Source of the DNA: Antedon mediterranea
Lineage: Eukaryota; Animalia; Echinodermata
DNA length: 64,000 bases
Assembly (NCBI RefSeq): GCF_964355755.1
Contig: NC_092673.1
Span: 28,083,648 to 28,147,647, forward strand
Direction of reading: 5' to 3'
Made by a program: the position numbers and the translations under genes. Each line of letters starts with the position of its first letter. The stretch's first letter is position 1. This document shows, piece after piece, positions 38,801-53,800 of the stretch. The notes below the pieces were generated by a model that was given only the letters and a program-made list of their open reading frames with translations, made no database searches and was not told the origin of the DNA.

Positions 38801-41800
38801 CAACAACAGAAACTGTAACTACTGACCAGTCTACAACTGCGCCCATAACAACAGCAGATTCAACAACAGAAACTGTAACTACTGAACAGTCTACAACCAC
38901 GCCTATAACAACAGCAGATTCAACAACAGACACTTTAACTACTGAACAGTCTACAACCACGCCTAAAACAACAGCCGATTCAACAAAAGAAACTGTAACT
39001 ACTGAACAGTCTACAACTGCGCCCATAACAACAGCAGATTCAACAACAGAAACTGTAACTACTGAACAGTCTACAACTGCGCCCATAACAACAGCCGAAT
39101 CAACAACAGAAACTGTAACTACTGAACAGTCTACAACTGCGCCCATAACAACAGCAGATTCAACAACAGAAACTGTAACTACTGAACAGTCTACAACTGC
39201 GCCCATAACAACAGCAGATTCAACAACAGAAACTGTAACTACTGAACAGTCTACAACCACGCCTATAACAACACCAGATTCAACAACAGAAACTGTAACT
39301 ACTGAACAGTTTACAACCACGCCCATAACAACAGCAGAATCAACTGCAGAGGCTGTAACTACTCAACATTCTACAACTGAGCCTATAACAACAGCAGAAT
39401 TAACAACAGACGCTGTAACTACCGAAGTATCAACAACTGTACCCATAACAACAGCCGAATCAACAACAGGCACTGTAACTACTGAACAGTATACAACCGC
39501 GCCCATAACAACAACCGAATCAACAACAGACGCTGTAACTACCGAAGTATCAACAACTGTACCCATAACAACAGCCGAATCAACAACAGGCACTGTAACT
39601 ACTGAACAGTATACAACCGCGCCCATAACAACAATCGAATCAACAACAGAGGCTCTAACTACCGAAGTATCAACAACTGTACCCATAACAACAGCCGAAT
39701 CAACAACAGAGGCTGTAACTACCGAAGTAGCAACAACTGTAACCAAAACAACAGCCGAATCAACAACAGAAACTGTTACTACTGATGAACAGTCTACAAC
39801 TGCACCCATAACAACAGCCGAATCAACAACAAAAACTGTAACTACTGAACAGTTGACAACTGCGCCCATAACAACAGCAGAATCAACAACAGAAACTGTA
39901 ACTACTGAACAGTCTACAACTGCGCCCATAACAACAGCAGAATCAACAACAGAAACTGTAACTACTGAACAGTCTACAACCACGCCTATAACAACAGCAG
40001 AATCAACAACAGAAACTGTAACTACTGAACAGTCTACAACTGAGCCCATAACAACAGCCGAATCAACAACAGAAACTGTAACTACTGAACAGTCTACAAC
40101 TGCGCCCATAACAACAGCAGAATCAACAACAGAAACTGTAACTACTGAACAGTCTACAACTGCGCCCATAACAACAGCCGAATCGACAACAGAAACTGTA
40201 ACTACTGAACAGTCTACAACCGCGCCCATAACAACAGCCGAATCAACAACAGAAACTGTAACTACTGAACAGTATACAACTGCGCCTATAACAACAGCAG
40301 AATCAACAACAGAAACTGTAACTACTGAACAGTCTACAACTGCGCCCATAACAACAGCCGAATCAACAACAGAAACTGTAACTACTGACCAGTCTACAAC
40401 TGCGCCCATAACAACAGCAGATTCAACAACAGAAGCTGTAACTACTGAACAGTCTACAACCACGCCTATAAAAACAGCAGATTCAACAACAGAAACTGTA
40501 ACTACTGAACAGTCTACAACTGCGCCCATAACAACAGCAGATTCAACAACAGAAACTGTAACTACTGAACAGTCTACAACCACGCCTATAACAACAGCAG
40601 AATCAACAACAGAAACTGTAACTACTGAACAGTATACAACCTCGCCTATTATAACAACCGAATCAACAACAGAGGCTTTAACTACCGAAGTATCAACAAC
40701 TGCAACCATAATAACAGCAAAATCAACAACAGAAACTGTAACTACTGAACAGTATACAACCGCGCCTATTATAACAACCGAATCAACAACAGAGGCTGTA
40801 ACTACCGAGGCTGTAACTACCGAAGTATCAACAACTGTACCCATAATAACAGCTGAATCAACAACAGAAACTATAACTACTGAACAGTCTACAACTGCGC
40901 CCATAACAACAGCAGATTCAACAACAGAAACTGTAACTACTGAACAGTCTACAACTGCGCCCATAACAACAGCAGAATCAACAACAGGAACTGTTACTAC
41001 TGAACAGTATACAACTGCGCCTATAACAACACCAGATTCAACAACAGAAACTGTTACTACTTATGAACAGTCTACAACTGCACCCATAACAACAGCCGAA
41101 TCAACAACAAAAACTGTAACTACTGAACAGTTGACAACTGCGCCTATAACAACAGCAGATTCAACAACAGAAACTGTAACTACTGAACAGTCTACAACTG
41201 CGCCCATAACAACAGCCGAATCAACAACAGAAACTGTAACTACTGAACAGTCTACAACTGCGCCCATAACAACAGCAGAATCAACAACAGAAACTGTAAC
41301 TACTGAACAGTCTACAACTGCGCCCATAACAACAGCCGAATCGACAACAGAAACTGTAACTACTGAACAGTCTACAACCGCGCCCATAACAACAGCCGAA
41401 TCAACAACAGAAACTGTAACTACTGAACAGTATACAACTGCGCCTATAACAACAGCAGAATCAACAACAGAAACTGTAACTACTGAACAGTCTACAACTG
41501 CGCCCATAACAACAGCCGAATCAACAACAGAAACTGTAACTACTGACCAGTCTACAACTGCGCCCATAACAACAGCAGATTCAACAACAGAAGCTGTAAC
41601 TACTGAACAGTCTACAACCACGCCTATAAAAACAGCAGATTCAACAACAGACACTGTAACTACTGAACAGTCTACAACCACGCCTATCACAACAGCAGAA
41701 TCAACAACAGAAACTGTAACTACTGAACAGTCTACAACTGCACCCATAACAACAGCAGATTCAACAACAGAAACTGTAACTACTGAACAGTCTACAACCG

Positions 41801-44800
41801 CGCCTATAACAGCAGCAGAATCAACAACAGAAACTGTAACTACTGAACAGTCTACAACCACGCCTATAACAACAGCAGAATCAACAACAGAAACTGTAAC
41901 TACTGAACAGTCTACAACTGAGCCCATAACAACAGCCGAATCAACAACAGAAACTGTAGCTACTGAACAGTCTACAACTGCGCCTATAACAACAGCAGAA
42001 TCAACAACAGAAACTGTAACTACTGAACAATCTACAACCACGCCTATAACAACAGCAGATTCAACAACAGACTCTGTAACTACTGAACAATCTACAACCA
42101 CGCCTATAACAACAGCCGATTCAACAACAGAAACTGTAACTACTGAACAGTCTACAACTGCGCCCATAACAACAGCAGATTCAACAACAGAAACTGTAAC
42201 TACTGAACAGTCTACAACCACGCCTATAACAACAGCCGATTCAACAACAGAAACTGTAACTACTGAACAGTCTACAACTGCGCCCATAACAACAGCAGAT
42301 TCAACAACAGAAACTGTAACTACTGAACAGTCTACAACCACGCCTATAACAACAGCAGAATCAACAACAGAAACTGTAACTACTGAACAGTATACAACCT
42401 CGCCTATTATAACAACCGAATCAACAACAGAGGCTTTAACTACCGAAGTATCAACAACTGCAACCATAATAACAGCAGATTCAACAACAGAAACTGTTAC
42501 TACTGATGAACAGTCTACAACTGCACCCATAACAACAGCCGAATCAACAACAAAAACTGTAACTACTGAACAGTTGGCAACTGCGCCTATAACAACAGCA
42601 GATTCAACAACAGAAACTGTAACTACTGAACAGTCTACAACTGCGCCCATAACAACAGCCGAATCAACAACAGAAACTGTAACTACTGAACAGTCTACAA
42701 CTGCGCCCATAACAACAGCAGATTCAACAACAGAAACTGTAACTACTGAACAGTCTACAACTGCGCCCATAACATCATCCGAATCAACAACAAAGTCTGT
42801 AACTACCAAAGTATCAACAACTGTACCCATAATAACAGCAGAATCAACAACAGAAACTGTAACTACTGAACAGTCTACAACAGCGCCCATAACAACAGCA
42901 GATTCAACAACAGAAACTGTAACTACTGAACAGTCTACAACCACGCCTATAACAAAAGCAGATTCAACAACAGACACTGTAACTACTGAACAGTCTACAA
43001 CCACGCCTATAACAACAGCTGAATCAACAACAGAAACTGTAACTACTGAACAGTCTACAACTGCGCCCATAACAACAGCAGATTCAACAACAGAAACTGT
43101 AACTACTGAACTGTCTACAACCGTGCCTATAACAAAAGCAGATTCAACAACAGACACTGTAACTACTGAACAGTCTACAACCACGCCTATAACAACAGCT
43201 GAATCAACAACAGAAACTGTAACTACTGAACAGTCTACAACTGCGCCCATAACAACAGCAGATTCAACAACAGAAACTGTAACTACTGAACAGTCTACAA
43301 CCGCGCCTATAACAACAGCAGATTCAACAACAGAAACTGTAACTACTGAACAGTCTACAACTGCGCCAATAACAACAGCCGAATCAACAACAGAAACTGT
43401 AACTACTGAACAGTCTACAACTGCGCCCATAACAACAGCCGAATCAACAACAGAAACTGTAACTACTGACCAGTCTACAACTGCGCCCATAACAACAGTA
43501 GATTCAACAACAGAAACTGTAACTACTGAACAGTCTACAACCACGCCTATAACAACAGCAGATTCAACAACAGACACTGTAACTACTGAACAGTCTACAA
43601 CCACGCCTATAACAACAGCCGATTCAACAACAGAAACTGTAACTACTGAACAGTCTACAACTGCGCCCATAACAACAGCAGATTCAACAACAGAAACTGT
43701 AACTACTGAACAGTATACAACCGCGCCTATTATAACAACCGAATCAACAACAGAGGCTGTAACTACCAAAGTATCAACAACTTTACCCATAACAACAGCA
43801 GAATCATCAACAGAAACTGTAACTACTAAACAGTCTACAACCGCGCCTATAACAACAGCAGATTCAACAACAGAAACTGTAACTACTGAACAGTCTACAA
43901 CCGCGCCTATAACAACAGCAGATTCAACAACAGAAACTGTAACTACTGAACAGTCTACAACCGCGCCCATAACATCATCCGAATCAACAACAAAGTCTGT
44001 AACTACCGAAGTATCAACAACTGTACCCATAATAACAGCAGAATCAACAACAGAAACTGTAACTACTGAACAGTCTACAACCACGCCTATCACAACAGCA
44101 GAATCAACAACAGAAACTGTAACTACTGAACAGTCTACAACTGCGCCCATAACAACAGCAGATTCAACAATAGAAACTGTAACTACTGAACAGTCTACAA
44201 CCACGCCTATAACAAAAGCAGATTCAACAACAGACACTGTAACTACTGAACAGTCTACAACCACGCCTATAACAACATCTGAATCAACAACAGAAACTGT
44301 AACTACTGAACAGTCTACAACTGCGCCCATAACAACAGCAGATTCAACAACAGAAACTGTAACTACTGAACAGTCTACAACCGCGCCTATAACAACAGCA
44401 GATTCAACAACAGAAATTGTAACTACTGAACAGTCTACAACTGCGCCCATAACAACAGCCGAATCAACAACAGAAACTGTAACTACTGAACAGTCTACAA
44501 CTGCGCCCATAACAACAGCCGAATCAACAACAGAAACTGTAACTACTGAACAGTCTACAACTGCGCCCATAACAACAGCAGATTCAACAACAGAAACTGT
44601 AACTACTGAACAGTCTACAACTGCGCCCATAACAACAGCCGAATCGACAACAGAAACTGTAACTACTGAACAGTCTACAACCGCGCCCATAACAACAGCC
44701 GAATCAACAACAGAAACTGTAACTACTGAACAGTATACAACTGCGCCTATAACAACAGCAGAATCAACAACAGAAACTGTAACTACTGAACAGTCTACAA

Positions 44801-47800
44801 CTGCGCCCATAACAACAGCCGAATCAACAACAGAAACTGTAACTACTGACCAGTCTACAACTGCGCCCATAACAACAGCAGATTCAACAACAGAAGCTGT
44901 AACTACTGAACAGTCTACAACCACGCCTATAAAAACAGCAGATTCAACAACAGAAACTGTAACTACTGAACAGTCTACAACTGCGCCCATAACAACAGCA
45001 GATTCAACAACAGAAACTGTAACTACTGAACAGTCTACAACCACGCCTATAACAACAGCAGAATCAACAACAGAAACTGTAACTACTGAACAGTATACAA
45101 CCTCGCCTATTATAACAACCGAATCAACAACAGAGGCTTTAACTACCGAAGTATCAACAACTGCAACCATAATAACAGCAAAATCAACAACAGAAACTGT
45201 AACTACTGAACAGTATACAACCGCGCCTATTATAACAACCGAATCAACAACAGAGGCTGTAACTACCGAAGTATCAACAACTGTACCCATAATAACAGCT
45301 GAATCAACAACAGAAACTGTAACTACTGAACAGTCTACAACTGCGCCCATAACAACAGCAGATTCAACAACAGAAACTGTAACTACTGAACAGTCTACAA
45401 CTGCGCCCATAACAACAGCAGAATCAACAACAGAAACTGTTACTACTGAACTGTATACAACTGCGCCTATAACAACACCAGATTCAACAACAGAAACTGT
45501 TACTACTTATGAACAGTCTACAACTGCACCCATAACAACAGCCGAATCAACAACAAAAACTGTAACTACTGAACAGTTGACAACTGCGCCTATAACAACA
45601 GCAGATTCAACAACAGAAACTGTAACTACTGAACAGTCTACAACTGCGCCCATAACAACAGCCGAATCAACAACAGAAACTGTAACTACTGAACAGTCTA
45701 CAACTGCGCCCATAACAACAGCAGATTCAACAACAGAAACTGTAACTACTGAACAGTCTACAACTGCGCCCATAACAACAGCCGAATCAACAACAGAAAC
45801 TGTAACTACTGAACAGTCTACAACTGCGCCCATAACAACAGCAGATTCAACAACAGAAACTGTAACTACTGAACAGTCTACAACCACGCCTATAACAACA
45901 GCAGATTCAACAACAGAAACTGTAACTACTGAACAGTCTACAACCACGCCCATAACAATAGCAGAATCAACTGCAGAGGCTGTAACTACTCAACATTCTA
46001 CAACCGCGCCTATAACTACAGCAGAATTAACAACAGACGCTGTAACTACCGAAGTATCAACAACTGTACCCATAACAACAGCCGAATCAACAACAGGCAC
46101 TGTAACTACTGAACAGTATACAACCGCGCCCATAACAACAACCGAATCAACAACAGACGCTGTAACTACCGAAGTATCAACAACTGTACCCATAACAACA
46201 GCCGAATCAACAACAGGCACTGTAACTACTGAACAGTATACAACCGCGCCCATAACAAAAACCGAATCAACAACAGAGGCTCTAACTACCGAAGTATCAA
46301 CAACTGTACCCATAACAACAGCCGAATCAACAACAGAGGCTGTAACTACCGAAGTAGCAACAACTGTAACCAAAACAACAGCCGAATCAACAACAGAAAC
46401 TGTAACTACTGAACAGTCTACAACCACGCCTATAACAACAGCAGAATCAACAACAGAAACTGTAACTACTGAACAGTCTACAACTGAGCCCATAACAACA
46501 GCCGAATCAACAACAGAAACTGTAACTACTGAACAGTCTACAACTGCGCCTAAAACAACAGCAGATTCAACAACAGACACTGTAACTACTGAACAGTCTA
46601 CAACCACGCCTATCACAACAGCAGAATCAACAACAGAAACTGTAACTACTGAACAGTCTACAACTGCGCCCATAACAACAGCAGATTCAACAACAGAAAC
46701 TGTAACTACTGAACAGTCTACAACCGCGCCTATAACAGCAGCAGAATCAACAACAGAAACTGTAACTACTGAACAGTCTACAACCACGCCTATAACAACA
46801 GCAGAATCAACAACAGAAACTGTAACTACTGAACAGTCTACAACTGAGCCCATAACAACAGCCGAATCAACAACAGAAACTGTAGCTACTGAACAGTCTA
46901 CAACTGCGCCTATAACAACAGCAGAATCAACAACAGAAACTGTAACTACTGAACAATCTACAACCACGCCTATAACAACAGCAGATTCAACAACAGACAC
47001 TGTAACTACTGAACAGTCTACAACCACGCCTATAACAACAGCCGATTCAACAACAGAAACTGTAACTACTGAACAGTCTACAACTGCGCCCATAACAACA
47101 GCAGATTCAACAACAGAAACTGTAACTACTGAACAGTCTACAACCACGCCTATAACAACAGCCGATTCAACAACAGAAACTGTAACTACTGAACAGTCTA
47201 CAACTGCGCCCATAACAACAGCAGATTCAACAACAGAAACTGTAACTACTGAACAGTCTACAACTGCGCCTATAACAACAGCAGAATCAACAACAGAAAC
47301 TGTAACTACTGAACAGTATACAACCTCGCCTATTATAACAACCGAATCAACAACAGAGGCTTTAACTACCGAAGTATCAACAACTGCAACCATAATAACA
47401 GCAGATTCAACAACAGAAACTGTTACTACTGATGAACAGTCTACAACTGCACCCATAACAACAGCCGAATCAACAACAAAAACTGTAACTACTGAACAGT
47501 TGACAACTGCGCCTATAACAACAGCAGATTCAACAACAGAAACTGTAACTACTGAACAGTCTACAACTGCGCCCATAACAGCAGCCGAATCAACAACAGA
47601 AACTGTAACTACTGAACAGTCTACAACTGCGCCCATAACAACAGCAGATTCAACAACAGAAACTGTAACTACTGAACAGTCTACAACTGCGCCCATAACA
47701 TCATCCGAATCAACAACAAAGTCTGTAACTACCGAAGTATCAACAACTGTACCCATAATAACAGCAGAATCAACAACAGAAACTGTAACTACTGAACAGT

Positions 47801-50800
47801 CTACAACAGCGCCCATAACAACAGCAGATTCAACAACAGAAACTGTAACTACTGAACAGTCTACAACCGCGCCTATAACAAAAGCAGATTCAACAACAGA
47901 CACTGTAACTACTGAACAGTCTACAACCACGCCTATAACAACAGCTGAATCAACAACAGAAACTGTAACTACTGAACAGTCTACAACTGCGCCCATAACA
48001 ACAGCAGATTCAACAACAGAAACTGTAACTACTGAACAGTCTACAACCGCGCCTATAACAAAAGCAGATTCAACAACAGACACTGTAACTACTGAACAGT
48101 CTACAACCACGCCTATAACAACAGCTGAATCAACAACAGAAACTGTAACTACTGAACAGTCTACAACTGCGCCCATAACAACAGCAGATTCAACAACAGA
48201 AACTGTAACTACTGAACAATCTACAACCGCGCCTATAACAACAGCAGATTCAACAACAGAAACTGTAACTACTGAACAGTCTACAACTGCGCCAATAACA
48301 ACAGCCGAATCAACAACAGAAACTGTAACTACTGAACAGTCTACAACTGCGCCCATAACAACAGCCGAATCAACAACAGAAACTGTAACTACTGACCAGT
48401 CTACAACTGCGCCCATAACAACAGTAGATTCAACAACAGAAACTGTAACTACTGAACAGTCTACAACCACGCCTATAACAACAGCAGATTCAACAACAGA
48501 CACTGTAACTACTGAACAGTCTACAACCACGCCTATAACAACAGCCGATTCAACAACAGAAACTGTAACTACTGAACAGTCTACAACTGCGCCCATAACA
48601 ACAGCAGATTCAACAACAGAAACTGTAACTACTGAACAGTATACAACCGCGCCTATTATAACAACCGAATCAACAACAGAGGCTGTAACTACCAAAGTAT
48701 CAACAACTTTACCCATAACAACAGCAGAATCATCAACAGAAACTGTAACTACTAAACAGTCTACAACCGCGCCTATAACAACAGCAGATTCAACAACAGA
48801 AACTGTAACTACTGAACAGTCTACAACCGCGCCTATAACAACAGCAGATTCAACAACAGAAACTGTAACTACTGAACAGTCTACAACCGCGCCCATAACA
48901 TCATCCGAATCAACAACAAAGTCTGTAACTACCGAAGTATCAACAACTGTACCCATAATAACAGCAGAATCAACAACAGAAACTGTAACTACTGAACAGT
49001 CTACAACCACGCCTATCACAACAGCAGAATCAACAACAGAAACTGTAACTACTGAACAGTCTACAACTGCGCCCATAACAACAGCAGATTCAACAATAGA
49101 AACTGTAACTACTGAACAGTCTACAACCACGCCTATAACAAAAGCAGATTCAACAACAGACACTGTAACTACTGAACAGTCTACAACCACGCCTATAACA
49201 ACATCTGAATCAACAACAGAAACTGTAACTACTGAACAGTCTACAATTGCGCCCATAACAACAGCAGATTCAACAACAGAAACTGTAACTACTGAACAGT
49301 CTACAACCGCGCCTATAACAACAGCAGATTCAACAACAGAAATTGTAACTACTGAACAGTCTACAACTGCGCCCATAACAACAGCCGAATCAACAACAGA
49401 AACTGTAACTACTGAACAGTCTACAACTGCGCCCATAACAACAGCAGATTCAACAACAGAAACTGTAACTACTGAACAGTCTACAACTGCGCTCATAACA
49501 ACAGCCGAATCAACAACAGAAACTGTAACTACTGAACAGTCTACAACCACGCCTATAACAACAGCAGATTCAACAACAGACACTGTAACTACTGAACAGT
49601 CTACAACCACGCCTATAACAACAGCAGATTCAACAACAGAAACTGTAACTACTGAACAGTCTACAACTGCGCCCATAACAACAGCAGATTCAACAACAGA
49701 AACTGTAACTACTGAACAGTCTACAACTGCGCCCATAATAACAGCCGAATCAACAACAGACACTGTAACTACCGAAGTATCAACAACTGCGCCCATAACA
49801 ACAGCAGATTCAACAACAGAAACTGTAACTACTGAAAAGTCTACAACTGCGCCCATAACAACAGAAGAATCAACAACAGAGTCTGTAACTACTGAACAGT
49901 ATACAACCACGCCTATAAAAACAGCAGATTCAACAAAAGAAACTGTAACTACTGAACAGTCTACAACCGCGCCTATAACAACAGAAGAATCAACAACAGA
50001 GTCTGTAACTACCGAAGTATCAACAACTGTACCCATAATAACAGCAGAATCAACAACAGAAACTGTAACTACTGAACAGTCTACAACCGCGCCCATAACA
50101 ACAGCCGAATCAACAACAGGCACTGTAACTACGGAACAGTATACAACCGTGCCTATTATGACAACCGAATCAACAACAGAAACTGTAACTACTGAACAGT
50201 CTACAACCACGCCCATAACAACAGCAGAATCAACAACAGAAACTGTAACTACTGAAAATTCTACAACTGTAACCATAACAACAGCCGAATCAACAATAGA
50301 AACTGTAACTACTGAACAGTATACAACCACGCCCATAACAATAGCCGAATCAACAACAGAAACTGTAAGTACTGAACAGTCTACAACTGCGCCCATAACA
50401 ACAGCAGAAACAACAACAGAAACTGTAACTACCAAAGTAGCAACAACTGTACCCATAACAACAGCCGAATCAACAACAGAAACTGTAACTACTGAACAGT
50501 CTACAACTGTACCCATAACAACAGCCGAATCAACAACAGAAACTTTAACTACTGAACATTCTACAACCGCGCCTATAACAGCAGAATTAACAACAGAAGC
50601 TGTAACTACTGAACAGTCTACAACCACGCCCATAGCAACAGCAGAATCAACAACAGAGGCTGTAACTACTGAACAGTCTACAACCACGCCCATAACAACA
50701 GCAGAATCAACAACAGAGGCTGTAACTACTCAGCATTCTACAACCGCGCCCATAACAACAGCAGAATCAACAACAGAGGCTGTAACTACCGAAGTATCAA

Positions 50801-53800
50801 CAACTGTACCCATAACAACTGCCGAATCAACAACAGAAACTGTAACTACTAAACAGTCTATAACCACGCCCATAACAACAGCAGAATCCACAACCGAGGT
50901 TGTACCTAACGAAGTAGCAACAACTGTACCCATAACAACAGCAGAATCAACAACACAAACTGCAACTACTGAACAATCTACAACTGATCTCACAACAATA
51001 GCAAAATTAACAACAAAAACTGTAACTACTGAACAGTCTACAACCACGCCCATAACAACAGCAAAATCAACAAAAGAGGCTGTAACTACTCAACGTTCTA
51101 CAACCGCGCCTATAACAACAGCAGAATTAACAACAGAGGCTGTAACTACTGAAGTATCAGCAACTGAACCCATAACAACAGAATCAACAACAGAAACTGT
51201 AACTACTGAACAATCTACAATTGCGCCCATAAAAACAGCCGAATCAACAACAGATGCTGTAACTACTGAACAGTCTACAACTGTACCCATAACAACAGCA
51301 GAGTCAACAACAGGGGCTGTAACTACTGAAATGTCTACAACCGCGCCTATAAAAACAGCAGAACCAACAACAGAAACTGTAACTACTGAAGGATCAACAA
51401 CTGTACCCATAACAACAACAGAGGCTGTAACTACTGAACAGTCTACAACAGCGCCCATAACAACATCAACATTAACAAAAGAGGCTGTAACTACCGAAGT
51501 ATCAACAACAACGTACATAACAACAGTAGAATCAACAACAGAAACTGTAACTACTAAACAGTCTACAACTGCGCCCATAACAACAGCCGAATCAACAACA
51601 GTAACTGTAACTACTAAACAGTCTACAACTGCGCCCATAACAACAGCCGAATCAACAACAGAAACTGTAACTACTGAACAGTCTACAACCGCGCCCATAA
51701 CAACAGCAGAATCAACAACAGAAGATGTACTATTAGAATTATCAACTGTAGCTTCAATGTCTGATTTAAGTGAGTACATAATACATATCAAATCTCCATA
51801 AAATAAATATACATGTAAGTTATATAGAAAATGTTATACTTAAAATAAGTACAATCATTGTTCTACCACATTTCAAACTGTTTAATATATGTTGATGTTT
51901 TTCTTTTAGTTATTACTATAACTGAGACGACGCTATCAATAACTGACGGTAATCCGATTAAAGAAAAAGACAGCACAGTAGAATTAACTTTGTCAGTTGT
52001 TGTCACCACTAACAGTACCGGTCTTACTTTAAATGGTTTTGATCTGTGGGCTTTGACTGTGTTCATCAACGATGCAGAGAATGAAAATGGTGAGACATTA
52101 TTCACAACCAGGTTACCAGGAACTACAGATGCTGATTGGACAGATGTTGGCTTGATGTCAACTGTGGATACATTTGTATTAGAAAATGTGGACGTGACAC
52201 TTGACCTTTCAGATATTGTCTGCTCCTCGGTGCCATATGTCTGTGTAGCTTTGGAAAAAGCCAATAGTTCATCAATGGAGTTTACATTGGATAGTGAACC
52301 AAGTGGTGCTGCCGTCTCTTGTACAGCAGTCGATTGTCTAAGTAGGTAATAGCTCTTATTATTTCCCTATGAATACATATATTACATTACAATACAAGGC
52401 AAGGCGGTGTCACAACGAAGAAGGATTTTACCTTAAATATTGCAAATGAAATATTATGCTATCTACAAAATAATGGAGATTGCAATTCGTCGAAGATTGT
52501 TTTTAAGCATATTGCCTAATAAGCACATTCGTTTAATTGTAAATTAATGTGGTATTAATAATTATCGGGTATTTCATAATAATTTTGCTATTATCAGAAT
52601 TAGGAAGAGTTATTGCATGATGATAATGATTGACACGATTAAATATGATTACATTTATGAAATAATGACATGAAATCACATTTTGTTTTTTATTATTATG
52701 ATTTTTTATTATCAGAAACTTATCTTTTACCATATGGAGAAGAAGTAGGAGACTCAAGTCTACGTAAAGATCATTCATTCATGAACACTGACTCTGAACA
52801 TCTTGACTATGTTTCTCATACATTCCAACCACCCAATGGGTTTCCTTTAGGATCAGAATTCTATCCACAGATATATGTAAGTTATCATCAAGCAGGTTTT
52901 CCATAGACAGGACATAATACAGTAAATAAACTAAAGTGAGATGGGTGTTGATTTGGATGGATTTAAATATTTGGATTAGACCTTTAGGAACTGTTTTATT
53001 TTGTTTTAGTTCACAGAGAACGGCGTGTTCTTTTTCAAGAAAGTTGGAGATATAACCTATACCAGTGCTCATCCTAGGCTGGACAACAATCTCAAGTTTG
53101 CAGCTCCATTTTGGGCCGATGGTGACTTGGGTGATGATGGAGACGTGTTTTTTCAGGTAATTAAACATGTTAATATCATAATTCCCACAATATATTAATG
53201 TTTCGAGAAAGTTTGCCCTTGAGATGCAAACTAAAGCCAACATATCAGTATATAGGACCAATACCAATAAGACCAAAGTTCTCCTTTACCATAGTTCTAG
53301 TGGTAGATAACAACTCAACTCGAATAATAACTTCAAACTTGAGGTCCGTTGTACACTTCAGACTTGTGTGCATTGAAACACCTCAGTGCATCTTTCGTAA
53401 AGTTTTGATAGTGTAGACAAAACTTAGGGGTATGAGTTATATCCTAATTTATAAAATCATGCTGTTATTGAAAGCACAAGAGTGGCGCTATTTCTCAATG
53501 GAATGAAAACCAAATGAAGACTGTTTCCATTTTCAAATGTATTGTCTATTATTACTCTTCCAGGAATTTGTAAGAACTAATCCAGATGATTCTGATATGA
53601 TTGACACCATAGCTAACTATATAAACAACTCACCTCAAAGTATTACAGAAGTTGAATTTCGACCAACTTGGGTATTACAAGCCACGTGGACAAATCTACA
53701 TCAGAGGCCTTATGACGTCAGTGTACAACAGGTTGGTATTTGAAATTATTCAAAGACAAAATAAGAGCTAGTGTAGAAAAATTGACACCTTAAAACATAA

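Noticed and set aside
27042-51791. Long minus-strand Val/Ser/Asp/Cys-rich ORFs (up to 1567 aa)
   Set aside because: These are antisense shadows of the 60-bp mucin repeat. They are repeatedly broken by stops while the + frame stays open for 24.8 kb, and they have no splice or domain support.
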